Part shown: piece after piece, positions 1-8,745 of the stretch
How positions within the stretch are numbered: the first letter of the stretch is position 1
Layout: every line of letters begins with the position of its first letter
Assembly (NCBI GenBank): GCA_035542795.1
Contig: DATKKT010000022.1
Location: 3,679-67,678, forward strand
Length of the DNA stretch: 64,000 nt
Direction: 5' to 3'
From: Burkholderiales bacterium
GTDB taxonomy: Bacteria; Pseudomonadota; Gammaproteobacteria; Burkholderiales; SG8-39
Notes under the pieces: generated by a model
What the model saw: only the letters and a program-made list of their open reading frames with translations
Told to the model about the DNA's origin: nothing
Databases searched by the model: none
Position numbers and translations under genes: made by a program

Positions 1-717
1 GTGAGCGAGCAAAGCGGCTTCGGCGAGCTGCTGGAGACGATCAGCAAGCAGCAGCTCGTCAAGCGCCGGCTCGACATGGCGAGCGGCGCGGTGACGCTGC
101 AGCCGGGCAGCACCGACGACGTGCTCGAGTTCGACGGCAAGGTGCTCGTCACGGTGCACGGGCCGCGCTGGCGGCTGTTCCTCATCGGCGCCGGCCAGCT
201 CACGCGCTACCTCGCCGAGATGGCGCGCATGCTCGACTACCAGGTGGTCGTGATCGACCCGCGCGAGGAGTACGCGAACGGCTGGGACCTGGCGGGCGCC
301 GCGCTCGACCGCGGCATGCCCGACGACGTCATCGCGGCGGCGAACCTCGACGGCCACAGCGCGGTGGTCGCGTTGACGCACGATCCCAAGCTCGACGACC
401 TCGCGCTCATGGAAGCGCTGAAGTCGCCCGCCTTCTACGTCGGCGCGATCGGCTCGAAGAAGAACAACGACGCGCGCCGCGTGCGGCTGCGGGAATTCGA
501 CGTTTCCGAAGGCGAGATCGCGCGCCTGCGCGGGCCGGTGGGCCTGTACCTCGGCTCGAAGACGCCGCCCGAGATCGCCGTGGCGATCCTCGCCGAGATG
601 ACCGCGGTGCGCCACGGCGTGAGCGAGCCCAGCTGGGCCGCCAAGACCGCGCGCCGCTTCGATCCTTCGGCCTGCGAAGTGCCCGCCGCCGCGGCGGCCT
701 CGAAACAGCAGGCCTGA
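1..717 (+). CDS. XdhC/CoxI-family molybdoenzyme maturation protein, C-terminal part (5' end lies outside the window)
   Basis: ORF is open from base 1. XdhC Rossmann-domain-like sequence FLIGAGQLTRYLAEMARMLDYQVVVIDPR...ALTHDPKLDDLAL...YVGAIGSKK. Strong G/C third-position bias. Confidence 0.75.
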   Translation: MSEQSGFGELLETISKQQLVKRRLDMASGAVTLQPGSTDDVLEFDGKVLVTVHGPRWRLFLIGAGQLTRYLAEMARMLDYQVVVIDPREEYANGWDLAGAALDRGMPDDVIAAANLDGHSAVVALTHDPKLDDLALMEALKSPAFYVGAIGSKKNNDARRVRLREFDVSEGEIARLRGPVGLYLGSKTPPEIAVAILAEMTAVRHGVSEPSWAAKTARRFDPSACEVPAAAAASKQQA

Positions 718-718
718 C

Positions 719-1300
719 TTGAACGTCGTCGCGATCCTGCTCGCGGCGGGATCGGCGACCCGCTTCGGGTCGGACAAGCTGCTGCACGCGCTGCCGCACG
801 AGGTGCCGATCGCGGCGCAGGCGGCGCGCCACCTGCGCGCGGTTTTCGGCAACGCGGTGTTCGCGGTTGTGCGCCCCGGGGCCGGTGCGCTCGAAGACCT
901 GCTGCGCGCGGAGGGCTGCCGGATCGTGCCCTGCGAGCATGCCGCCGAGGGCATGGGCGCGAGCCTCGCCTGCGGCGTGCGCGCCGCGGCCGCGGCGGAC
1001 GCCTTTCTCGTAGCGCTCGCCGACATGCCATTTATCCGTCCGTCCAGCATCGCGGCGGTGCGCGACGCGCTGCTCGAGGGCGCGGCGCTCGCGGCGCCCT
1101 ATTTCCGCGCGCGCCGCGGCCACCCGGTGGGCCTCGCGGCGAAATTCCGCGTGGAGCTGGAATCGCTGCGCGGCGACGAGGGCGCCAAGCGGCTGCTCGC
1201 CGAGCATGCGTCAGAGATTGTCAAAGTTCCGGTCGGCGATCCCGCCGTGCTGCGCGACATCGACCGGCCGGGTGACCTCGCGCCGCCGCTCGTCGTATAG
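719..1300 (+). CDS. MobA-like NTP transferase (MocA-type molybdenum cofactor cytidylyltransferase-like)
   Basis: N-terminus VAILLAAGSATRFGSDKLL matches the MobA/MocA nucleotide-binding motif. TTG start 1 nt after the xdhC-like stop. The XdhC + MocA pairing is typical. Confidence 0.7.
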   Translation: MNVVAILLAAGSATRFGSDKLLHALPHEVPIAAQAARHLRAVFGNAVFAVVRPGAGALEDLLRAEGCRIVPCEHAAEGMGASLACGVRAAAAADAFLVALADMPFIRPSSIAAVRDALLEGAALAAPYFRARRGHPVGLAAKFRVELESLRGDEGAKRLLAEHASEIVKVPVGDPAVLRDIDRPGDLAPPLVV

Positions 1301-1314
1301 TCCCGAACGCCGTC

Positions 1315-2217
1315 ATGGAAACCGCGCAGCGCGCGGTGCTGTTCGTGGACGTCACGGACAGCACCAAACTGTACGAATCGCTCGGCGACACGGTGGCGCT
1401 CGCGCTCATCAAGGGCGTGTTCGGGCGCCTCGCGACGATCGTCGCCAAGCACTCGGGCGCGATCGTGAAGACGCTCGGCGACGGCCTCATCTGCGCGTTC
1501 GAGGATCCGGATCACGCGTTCCGCGCCGCCTGCGAGATCCAGACCACGGTGCGCGCCGCCGCGCAGGGCACGAAGAACCGCCTGCAGCTGAAGATCGGCT
1601 TCACCTGGGGCCCGGTGATCCTGTCCCAGGGCGACGTGTACGGCGACACGATGAACGTCTGCTCGCGCCTGGTGGTGCTCGCGAACCCGGAGCAGGTCCT
1701 CACCTCGGCGCAGACCGTAGAGGCGCTCTCGCCCGGCCTGCGCGCGCGCTGCCGAGCGCTGTTTCCGACGCGCATCAAGGGCAAGGCGGAGGAGGTCGCG
1801 GTGAGCGAGGTGATGTGGCGCTACGACCCGGCGGTGACCGAGAGCAACCTCACGCGCGCGGACTTCGCCAAGGCCGTCGAACTGTCCTTGAAATTGATTT
1901 ACCGGGGCAACATCTTCATCGTCAACCGCAGCCGCCCGACGATCCAGATGGGGCGCGACGACTCGAACGACATCGTCATCGTGAGCCTGTTCGCCTCGCG
2001 CATCCACGCGCGCGTGCACTCGCGCGAAGGCCACTACGTGCTCACCGACCTGTCGAGCAACGGCACCTTCCTGATGGTGGACGAGCACTCCAGCGAGGTG
2101 CACCTGCGGCGCGAGGAGGCGGTGCTCTCCGGGCGCGGCTGGATCGGCCTCGGCAAGAACGCCACGCGCCACGGCGATCACTCGGTGCGCTACTCGCTGC
2201 AGGCCGAGGGGGTATGA
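1315..2217 (+). CDS. Class III adenylate/guanylate cyclase domain fused to a C-terminal FHA domain
   Basis: Cyclase motifs [23 protein letters not shown] and [10 protein letters not shown] (metal-binding Asp residues and Asn/Arg). FHA motifs GR...SRIHARV...SSNGTFL in the last ~100 aa. Confidence 0.75.
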   Translation: METAQRAVLFVDVTDSTKLYESLGDTVALALIKGVFGRLATIVAKHSGAIVKTLGDGLICAFEDPDHAFRAACEIQTTVRAAAQGTKNRLQLKIGFTWGPVILSQGDVYGDTMNVCSRLVVLANPEQVLTSAQTVEALSPGLRARCRALFPTRIKGKAEEVAVSEVMWRYDPAVTESNLTRADFAKAVELSLKLIYRGNIFIVNRSRPTIQMGRDDSNDIVIVSLFASRIHARVHSREGHYVLTDLSSNGTFLMVDEHSSEVHLRREEAVLSGRGWIGLGKNATRHGDHSVRYSLQAEGV

Positions 2218-2239
2218 CGCCCGGCTGGTAAAATCGGGC

Positions 2240-3499
2240 ATGTTCGCAACCCGATCCCAGCAGCACGCCGACGCCCTGGCGCAGGCCGATCCCGAGCTGT
2301 TCGACGCCATCCGCAAGGAGGAGCGCCGGCAGGAAGACCACGTAGAGCTGATCGCCTCCGAGAACTACGTCAGCCGCGCCGTGCTCGCGGCGCAGGGCTC
2401 GGTGCTCACCAACAAGTACGCCGAGGGCTATCCCGGCAGGCGCTACTACGGCGGCTGCGAGTTTGTCGACCTCGCGGAGACGCTCGCCATCGAGCGCGCG
2501 AAGCGGCTGTTCGGCGCGCCCTGGGCGAACGTGCAGCCGCACTCGGGCTCGCAGGCGAACCAGGCGGTCTACGGCGCGGTTCTCAAGCCCGGCGACACTT
2601 TCCTTGGCATGTCGCTCGCGATGGGCGGCCACCTCACGCACGGCTCGCCCGTGAACCTCTCGGGCAAGCTCTACCGCGTGGTGTCGTACGGGCTGGACCG
2701 GAATGAAGAAATCGATTATCACGAGGCAGAACGCATTGCTTTGCAGGAAAGACCCAGACTGATCGTCACGGGCGCCTCGGCCTACTCGCGCGTGATCGAC
2801 TGGCAGCGCTTTCGCGCCATCGCCGACAAGTGCGGCGCGCTGCTGATGTCGGACATGGCGCACTACGCGGGCCTGGTCGCCGCGGGCCTCTATCCCTCGC
2901 CCGTAGGCGTGGCCGATTTCGTCACCACCACCACGCACAAGACGCTGCGCGGCCCGCGCGGCGGCCTGATTCTCGGCAAGGCGGAGCAGGAGAAGGCGAT
3001 CAACTCGTCGATCTTCCCGGGCCTGCAGGGCGGGCCGCTGATGCACGTCATCGCCGCGAAGGCGGTGGCGCTCGGCGAGGCGCTCGCGCCCGGGTTCAAG
3101 GCCTACCAGCAGGCGGTGATCGCGAACGCGCGCGCGATGGCGCGCGCGCTGCAGCAGCGCGGCCTGCGCGTTGTCTCGGGCGGCACCGACTGCCACATGT
3201 TCCTGCTCGACCTGCGCGCGAAGAACATCACCGGCAAGGACGCCGAGGACGCGCTCGGGCGCGCGCACATGACCGTCAACAAGAACGCCATCCCGAACGA
3301 CCCGCAGAAGCCCGCGGTGACCTCGGGCATCCGCATCGGCTCGCCGGCGATGACCACGCGCGGCTTCGGCGAGACCGAGGCCGAGAAGCTCGCCGGCCTG
3401 ATGGCCGACGTGCTGGAGGATGCGCGCAACGAGCTCACGCTGCAGCGCGTGGCGCGCGAGGTGAAGGCGATGTGCGCGAAATTCCCGGTGTACGCCTAG
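2240..3499 (+). CDS. glyA: Serine hydroxymethyltransferase
   Basis: 419 aa. Motifs [21 protein letters not shown] and [14 protein letters not shown] (PLP-lysine region). Full length. Confidence 0.95.
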   Translation: MFATRSQQHADALAQADPELFDAIRKEERRQEDHVELIASENYVSRAVLAAQGSVLTNKYAEGYPGRRYYGGCEFVDLAETLAIERAKRLFGAPWANVQPHSGSQANQAVYGAVLKPGDTFLGMSLAMGGHLTHGSPVNLSGKLYRVVSYGLDRNEEIDYHEAERIALQERPRLIVTGASAYSRVIDWQRFRAIADKCGALLMSDMAHYAGLVAAGLYPSPVGVADFVTTTTHKTLRGPRGGLILGKAEQEKAINSSIFPGLQGGPLMHVIAAKAVALGEALAPGFKAYQQAVIANARAMARALQQRGLRVVSGGTDCHMFLLDLRAKNITGKDAEDALGRAHMTVNKNAIPNDPQKPAVTSGIRIGSPAMTTRGFGETEAEKLAGLMADVLEDARNELTLQRVAREVKAMCAKFPVYA

Positions 3500-3511
3500 C
3501 CGCGTTCTTCC

Positions 3512-3976
3512 ATGCGCTGCCCGTTCTGCTCGAGCGAGGACACCCAGGTGGTGGACACGCGCTCGAACGAGGACAGCAACGTCATCCGCCGGCGCCGGCG
3601 CTGCCCGAAATGCGACAAGCGCTTCACGACCTACGAGCGCGTGGAGCTGCGCCTGCCGCGCCTCGTCAAGAAGGGCGGCGGCCGCACCGATTTCGACCGC
3701 GACAAGCTGGTCGGCAGCATGATGCTCGCGCTGAGGAAGCGCCCGGTGAAGACCGAGGATGTCGACGCGGCCGCCGACCGCATCGAGGAGAAGCTGCGCT
3801 CGCTCGGCGAGCGCGAGATCCCGACCAGCCGCGTAGGCGACCTCGTCATGCGCGAGCTCGCCAAGCTCGACAAGATCGCCTACATCCGCTTCGCCTCGGT
3901 GTACCGCAGCTTCGAGACGCCCGACGACTTCCGCGAGGCGGTCCAGGAAGTCAAGACCCGGAAGCGCAGGAAGTAG
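3512..3976 (+). CDS. nrdR: Transcriptional repressor NrdR
   Basis: [17 protein letters not shown]...[16 protein letters not shown] zinc ribbon plus ATP-cone. Conserved glyA-nrdR-ribD order. Confidence 0.95.
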   Translation: MRCPFCSSEDTQVVDTRSNEDSNVIRRRRRCPKCDKRFTTYERVELRLPRLVKKGGGRTDFDRDKLVGSMMLALRKRPVKTEDVDAAADRIEEKLRSLGEREIPTSRVGDLVMRELAKLDKIAYIRFASVYRSFETPDDFREAVQEVKTRKRRK

Positions 3977-3986
3977 GCAGCCGGTC

Positions 3987-5051
3987 GTGAGCTTCAGCGC
4001 CTTCGACCGCGCGATGATGGCGCGGGCTCTGGAGCTCGCCGCCAAGGGCCTCTACACGACCACGCCCAACCCGCGCGTGGGCTGCGTGGTCGCGCAGGGC
4101 GAGCGCGTGGTGGGCGAAGGCTGGCACGAGAAGGCCGGCGGGCCGCACGCCGAGGTCGTAGCCCTGCAGCGGGCGGGTGCGCAGGCCGAGGGTTCCACGG
4201 TCTATCTCAACCTCGAGCCGTGCAACCATCAGGGCAGGACACCGCCCTGTGCCGACGTGATTCTTTCAAGAAAGATCAAGAGAGTCGTCGCGGCGATGCT
4301 CGATCCGAATCCGCAGGCCGCGCACGGCGGCGCGAAGCTCGCCGCCGCCGGCATCGCCTTCGAGCACGGCCTGCTGGAGGCCGAGGCGCGCGAGCTCAAC
4401 CTCGGCTTCGTCTCGCGCATGACGCGCGGCCGGCCCTGGGTGCGCATGAAGATCGCCGCGACGCTGGACGGCCGCACGGCCCTCGCCGACGGCCGCAGCC
4501 AGTGGATCACGGGGCCGGAGGCGAGGAAGGACGGCCACCGCTGGCGCGCGCGCGCCTGCGCGATCCTCACCGGGATCGGCACCGTGAAGGCGGACGACCC
4601 GCGCCTCACCGTGCGCGAGGTCGACACGCCGCGCCAGCCGCTGCGCGTCGTCGTAGACAGCCGCCTCGAGATCCGGCACGACGCCAAGGTGCTCGATGGC
4701 GGCGGCGCGCTGATCTTCACCGCGATCGACGCCGACCGCGCCTTGAACGCGGAGACGCACCGGCTGCCCAACCCGCACGGCAAGGTCGAGCTGCCCGAGA
4801 TGCTCAACGAGCTCGCGCGCCGTGGCGTCAACGAGCTTCACGTAGAGGCCGGGTTCCGCCTCAACGGCTCGCTCGTGCGCGAGGGCTGCGTCGACGAATT
4901 CCTGATCTATCTGAATCCGAGCTTCCTGGGCGATGAAGCGCAGGGGATGGTTCAATTGTCCGGCATTGATTCTTTGGAAAAAAAACTAGAACTCAAGATT
5001 TCTTCCCTCGATCGCATCGGCGAAGACATCCGCATCCTCGCGAGGCTCTGA
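3987..5051 (+). CDS. ribD: Bifunctional riboflavin biosynthesis deaminase/reductase RibD
   Basis: Deaminase motifs HAEVVAL and LEPCNHQGRTPPC, followed by a reductase domain. GTG start. Contains two AT-rich islands (4257..4286, 4950..5003). Confidence 0.9.
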   Translation: MSFSAFDRAMMARALELAAKGLYTTTPNPRVGCVVAQGERVVGEGWHEKAGGPHAEVVALQRAGAQAEGSTVYLNLEPCNHQGRTPPCADVILSRKIKRVVAAMLDPNPQAAHGGAKLAAAGIAFEHGLLEAEARELNLGFVSRMTRGRPWVRMKIAATLDGRTALADGRSQWITGPEARKDGHRWRARACAILTGIGTVKADDPRLTVREVDTPRQPLRVVVDSRLEIRHDAKVLDGGGALIFTAIDADRALNAETHRLPNPHGKVELPEMLNELARRGVNELHVEAGFRLNGSLVREGCVDEFLIYLNPSFLGDEAQGMVQLSGIDSLEKKLELKISSLDRIGEDIRILARL

Positions 5052-5608
5052 TGTTCACCGGCATCGTTCAGGCCACAGGCCGCATCGAGAAGCTGCACCC
5101 GCATGTGGTCGCCACGCGCATGCCGCTACGCGACGTGAAGATCGGCGACTCGATCTGCGTGCAGGGCTGCTGCCTGACGGTGGTGAAGAAGGCGCGCGGC
5201 AGGCTCTGGTTCGATGTCTCGCGCGAGACGCTGCGCGTCACAGCGGGGCTCGACCGGCCGGGCGAGGTGAACCTGGAGAAGTCCCTCCGCCTCGGCGACC
5301 AGCTGGGCGGCCACCTCGTCACCGGGCATGTGGATGGGGTTGGAATTGTTTTGAAGTGTTCAAAAGGCATTCTCAAGATAAAAGCTCCCAAGGCGCTGTC
5401 GCGCTACATCGCGCGCAAGGGCTCGATCTGCGTAGACGGCGTGAGCCTCACCGTGAACCGCGTGCAGGGCGGCCGCTTCGAGGTGTTCCTGATCCCGCAC
5501 ACGATCAAGGTGACGACGCTCAAGCGCCTCGCGCGCGGCGCCAGGGTCAACCTTGAGGTCGATCTCGTAGCCCGCTACGTAGCGCGGCTGCGTGAGGCGG
5601 GCCGCTAG
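5051..5608 (+). CDS. ribE: Riboflavin synthase (alpha chain), compact 185-aa form
   Basis: MFTGIVQATGRIEKL N-terminus and duplicated barrel (GDSICVQGCCLTV / GSICVDGVSLTV). Its ATG overlaps the ribD TGA (TGATG). Confidence 0.85.
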   Translation: MFTGIVQATGRIEKLHPHVVATRMPLRDVKIGDSICVQGCCLTVVKKARGRLWFDVSRETLRVTAGLDRPGEVNLEKSLRLGDQLGGHLVTGHVDGVGIVLKCSKGILKIKAPKALSRYIARKGSICVDGVSLTVNRVQGGRFEVFLIPHTIKVTTLKRLARGARVNLEVDLVARYVARLREAGR

Positions 5609-6392
5609 GCGAGCCGTGCCGCGCCTCGGCCGGCCCAAGGCACTGCTCTTCGACTGGCACGGCACGCTCGCCGACACCTTCGAGGCGATGTATCGCGCCG
5701 TGGAGGAGACGCTCGCGGAGCTGGAGGCGCTAGGCCTCGAGGCGCGCCTGCGGCCGCCCGGCGGCGGCCGCCTGCCCGAGCACGAGGCGCTGGTCGCGCA
5801 CGTGCGCGAGCGGCGCGCGTTGCCGGCGGCGGTGAAGCGCGCGCGGCGCATCTCGCGCACCGAGATTTTCGAGATCCTGTTCGGCGCCGACGAGGAGGCG
5901 AAGCACCGGGCCCACGAGGCGTTCGACCTCCGCTATGCGGAGCACGCCGGCGATGCGCGGCCCTTCGAGCCGGACGTGCGCGGCATGGTCGGGCGGCTGC
6001 GGCGCGCCGGGCTGCGCACGGGGCTGCTCACCAACCGCAGGCGCGCGCTGCTCGGCTCGGAGCTGCGCCAGATCGACGGCGGCGGCTGGGAGGCGCTGTT
6101 CGACGTCGTGATGTGCGGCGACGACGTGCCGCGGCGCAAGCCCGCGCCCGACATGGTGGCGCGCGCGCTCGACGCCCTCGCCCTCGCGCCCGGGCCTGAC
6201 ACTTGGTTCGTGGGCGACAGCACCACCGACGTCGTAGCGGCGCAGCGCGCGGGCGTGCGCGCGATCTTCTTCAACGGCGCGCGCTGGGGCCCGGCAGATC
6301 TGGTGCGCATCTTTCCTCCGGGGCACGCGCCGGAGGCGATCGCCGGCGATTTCAGCGCGCTCGAGGCGCTCGCGCTGCCGCCGCGGCGCTGA
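5592..6392 (+). CDS. HAD-superfamily hydrolase with atypical motif I (FDWHGTL)
   Basis: Motif I LLFDWHGTLADT, motif II LLTNRRR, motif III RRKPAPD, motif IV VGDSTTDVVAA. GTG at 5592 overlaps the ribE end by 17 nt. An alternative GTG at 5616 is equally possible. Confidence 0.7.
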   Translation: MRRAARRAVPRLGRPKALLFDWHGTLADTFEAMYRAVEETLAELEALGLEARLRPPGGGRLPEHEALVAHVRERRALPAAVKRARRISRTEIFEILFGADEEAKHRAHEAFDLRYAEHAGDARPFEPDVRGMVGRLRRAGLRTGLLTNRRRALLGSELRQIDGGGWEALFDVVMCGDDVPRRKPAPDMVARALDALALAPGPDTWFVGDSTTDVVAAQRAGVRAIFFNGARWGPADLVRIFPPGHAPEAIAGDFSALEALALPPRR

Positions 6393-6410
6393 TCCGAGGG
6401 CGCGTCGCCT

Positions 6411-7283
6411 TCAGCGCGTGCGCGCGGCGTCGTTCAGCGACCAGTCGTAGTCGAGGAACTCGATCGGCGCCTTGCGCGCCTCGATGAGCGCGACGCCGGC
6501 CGGATCGTCCGCCAGCAGCTTGGCGTGGCCGGCGAAGAACTGCTCGAGCGACTGGATCGGCGCCGCGCTGCCGTCGAAATTGCGCGTGCCGCGCTGCCAG
6601 TCCTTTCCCGCCCAGTGGAAGATCTTGGACACCCCGAGCCGGCCGGTGCGCGCATCGAGCCGGTTGCGGCTGCGGTCGGTGAGGAACCGCGTTATCTGGT
6701 CGTCCAGCTGCGCGCCGAGCCGGTCCGCGACATAAGCCTCCGCGCGCAGCATCGGGCAGCCGAGCGACGCGCAGTTCAGCGCGAAATGGATGCGCACGTC
6801 GTCGTAGGCGCCGGGAACCCGCAGCATGTCGTTCTCGATGTCGTCGAGCGAGGCGGGGCGGCCGAGCAGCGTGAAGAACCGGTCCTTGAAGGGCTGGCCG
6901 AAGACGCGGCCGAAGTCCCAGATGGAGCGCAGGTCCGGATAGCGCGTGAGGATCTTCTCTACCGTGAACGCGTTGTAGGCGTTGAGCAGGAACGCCAGAC
7001 GCTGCGCGCGCGTCCAGCTTCGAAATTCGGCGGGCGCGACCTTCTGCAGCGTGTCGAGATAGCGCCGCAGCGATTCGCGATCCTTCGCGAGCTCGGCGTA
7101 GCGCACGCGCGAGGCGTGCCCGCGCTCGAGCACGATCACGTGCCGCGCGAGCAGCGCGCTCCAGGCGCCGTGCGTGTGATCGAACGCCGGCGCGGGGCTC
7201 TGCGCCCGGGCGGCGGGGCAGAATGCCAGCGCGGCGAGAAGGGTCAGCCGGATGGTTCGCATGGGCTCTTGCAGTAGACGCAC
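6411..7283 (-). CDS. DUF547 domain-containing secreted protein
   Basis: LAFLLNAYNAFTVEKIL and IHFALNCASLGCP are DUF547 hallmarks. Signal peptide MRTIRLTLLAALAFCPAARA. An alternative start at 7262 is possible. Confidence 0.75.
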   Translation of the reverse strand: MRLLQEPMRTIRLTLLAALAFCPAARAQSPAPAFDHTHGAWSALLARHVIVLERGHASRVRYAELAKDRESLRRYLDTLQKVAPAEFRSWTRAQRLAFLLNAYNAFTVEKILTRYPDLRSIWDFGRVFGQPFKDRFFTLLGRPASLDDIENDMLRVPGAYDDVRIHFALNCASLGCPMLRAEAYVADRLGAQLDDQITRFLTDRSRNRLDARTGRLGVSKIFHWAGKDWQRGTRNFDGSAAPIQSLEQFFAGHAKLLADDPAGVALIEARKAPIEFLDYDWSLNDAARTR

Positions 7284-7324
7284 CCGCGGCGGAATTTATT
7301 CCGCCAGGGGGCGTTTACGATCGC

Positions 7325-7927
7325 GTGCATCGTACTCTGAGCCTTCGCCGGTGCTTGACCCGGCTCCTGACGCTGGCGGTGCTCGCGTCCTGCGAGACGC
7401 GCGCGGCCGACAATGTCACGGTGGCCGCGCAGCGCGAGGGCGACGCGGTCCGGGTGAGCGCGCACGCGGTGCTCAGGGCCACGCCGCCCGTCGTCTGGCG
7501 CACGCTCACCGACTACGAGCACCTGGCCGAATTCATTCCCGGCATGCAGAAGAGCAAGGTCGTGGGGCACGAGGGCGCGGCGACGATCGTCGCGCAGACC
7601 GGGGAGGCGCATCTGCTGCTATTCTCGTACCCGATCGACGTCACCGTGGCCTCCGTGCTCCATCCGCCCAACGAGATCCGGATCCATCTCATCCGCGGCA
7701 ACCTGAAGCAGCTCGACGGCGGCTATCGCATCAAGCCCCTCGCCGGCGGCCGGCTAGCGCTCGATTGGAGCGGCCTGATCCGCCCGGAGCTCGCTCTGCC
7801 GCCGCTCATCGGCGAAGTCCTCGTGCGCCGGTCGATCGAGGACCAGTTCCTCGGCATGGTGCGCGAGATCGAGCGGCGCGTGGCGAGCGCGGACAAGGCC
7901 TCTGCAGAATGGCTGAATCTCCGCTAG
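7325..7927 (+). CDS. SRPBCC (polyketide cyclase/dehydrase-like) lipoprotein
   Basis: In-frame GTG at 7325 gives VHRTLSLRRCLTRLLTLAVLASC with lipobox LASC. WRTLTDYEHLAEFIPGM is SRPBCC-like. The longer ORF from 7223 would overlap the DUF547 gene. Confidence 0.6.
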   Translation: MHRTLSLRRCLTRLLTLAVLASCETRAADNVTVAAQREGDAVRVSAHAVLRATPPVVWRTLTDYEHLAEFIPGMQKSKVVGHEGAATIVAQTGEAHLLLFSYPIDVTVASVLHPPNEIRIHLIRGNLKQLDGGYRIKPLAGGRLALDWSGLIRPELALPPLIGEVLVRRSIEDQFLGMVREIERRVASADKASAEWLNLR

Positions 7928-8106
7928 CTGCGAACTCGCGCTGCAGCCGCTGCGGCGCGCCCTTTGCCTGCGGCGCCATTTCGAGCGCGGACAAATGCTG
8001 GTGCGCCGATGTGGTGCCCGTCCGCCCGGCGCCGGGCCAGACCTGCCTGTGCCCGGCGTGCCTGAAAGCAGAGTCGGCTCGCCCGCCTGCGGACCTGAAA
8101 GGCTAG
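7909..8106 (+). CDS. Cysteine-rich CWC family protein (65 aa)
   Basis: RCSRCGAPFACG...KCWCADV...CLCPACLK. The ATG at 7909 is codon 220 of the spurious 284-aa ORF 7252..8106. Confidence 0.6.
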   Translation: MAESPLAANSRCSRCGAPFACGAISSADKCWCADVVPVRPAPGQTCLCPACLKAESARPPADLKG

Positions 8107-8522
8107 CGGGGCGGCTTCGTCAGCAGCGGCAGCAAGCTCTGGGAAACCTGCTCGTACTCCGGCCCGCCCCGATCCCGCAGCGCCTTCACCTCCTGCGTCA
8201 GCCGCGCCGCCGCGCTCCCGTACTCGCTCGACTTGATGGCCTCGATCGAGGCCTGGATCTCCCGCAGCCGCTCCAGCGACTTCGCCGCCTCCGGCGAAAG
8301 CGCCTTCGCCTCGTCCGCCATCCCCAGCAGCACCTCCGTGATCAGCCCGAGCTGCCTCCCGTAGGACGCGACCTCGAACGCGCGCCGCTCGATCTCCGCG
8401 TTGCCCGCCTCCGGCTTGATCAGCGAAGAGAACCAGCTCGTGTTCGGCTCGATGTTCTGCGCCACCGCGCCGCTCCACGGAAAATGCACCTGCGGCGCCC
8501 AAAACCAAAGCCATGGATACAT
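8103..8522 (-). CDS. Hypothetical protein, Trp-rich N-terminus (139 aa)
   Basis: Internal ATG at 8522 is preceded by AGGAGG. N-terminus MYPWLWFWAPQVHFPWSG followed by a helical Ala/Glu-rich region. G/C third-position bias supports coding. I do not recognise a family. Confidence 0.5.
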   Translation of the reverse strand: MYPWLWFWAPQVHFPWSGAVAQNIEPNTSWFSSLIKPEAGNAEIERRAFEVASYGRQLGLITEVLLGMADEAKALSPEAAKSLERLREIQASIEAIKSSEYGSAAARLTQEVKALRDRGGPEYEQVSQSLLPLLTKPPR

Positions 8523-8745
8523 GTGACCTCCTATGAACCGCTGTGTGGCTATTCGGCGGACTCTGTACGTGCGTTCGTCAACGCGAAATAGGAAGAATTT
8601 CTGCCGTATAGCATGGCAGGCCGTGTGAGGCATTAGATGCAGATCAAAGACCTGCATCGACGCGTGCCGCGACGACCGGGGCACAGCAAGCTAAGCGCCT
8701 GACGATCTTCATCGCATCCGTTTTGGAGATGAGAACCGCCAAGAT

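Noticed and set aside
3977-3986. FMN riboswitch upstream of ribD
   Set aside because: Only 10 nt separate nrdR and ribD, and 22 nt precede glyA. There is no room for the ~140-nt FMN element, so the operon appears to be read through from glyA/nrdR.
2042-4045. 667-aa ORF antisense to glyA and nrdR
   Set aside because: The sequence is Arg/Ala/Gly-rich and low in complexity, with no recognisable domain. It lies opposite two unambiguous conserved genes. Long stop-free antisense frames are expected when the sense strand has G/C at nearly every third codon position.
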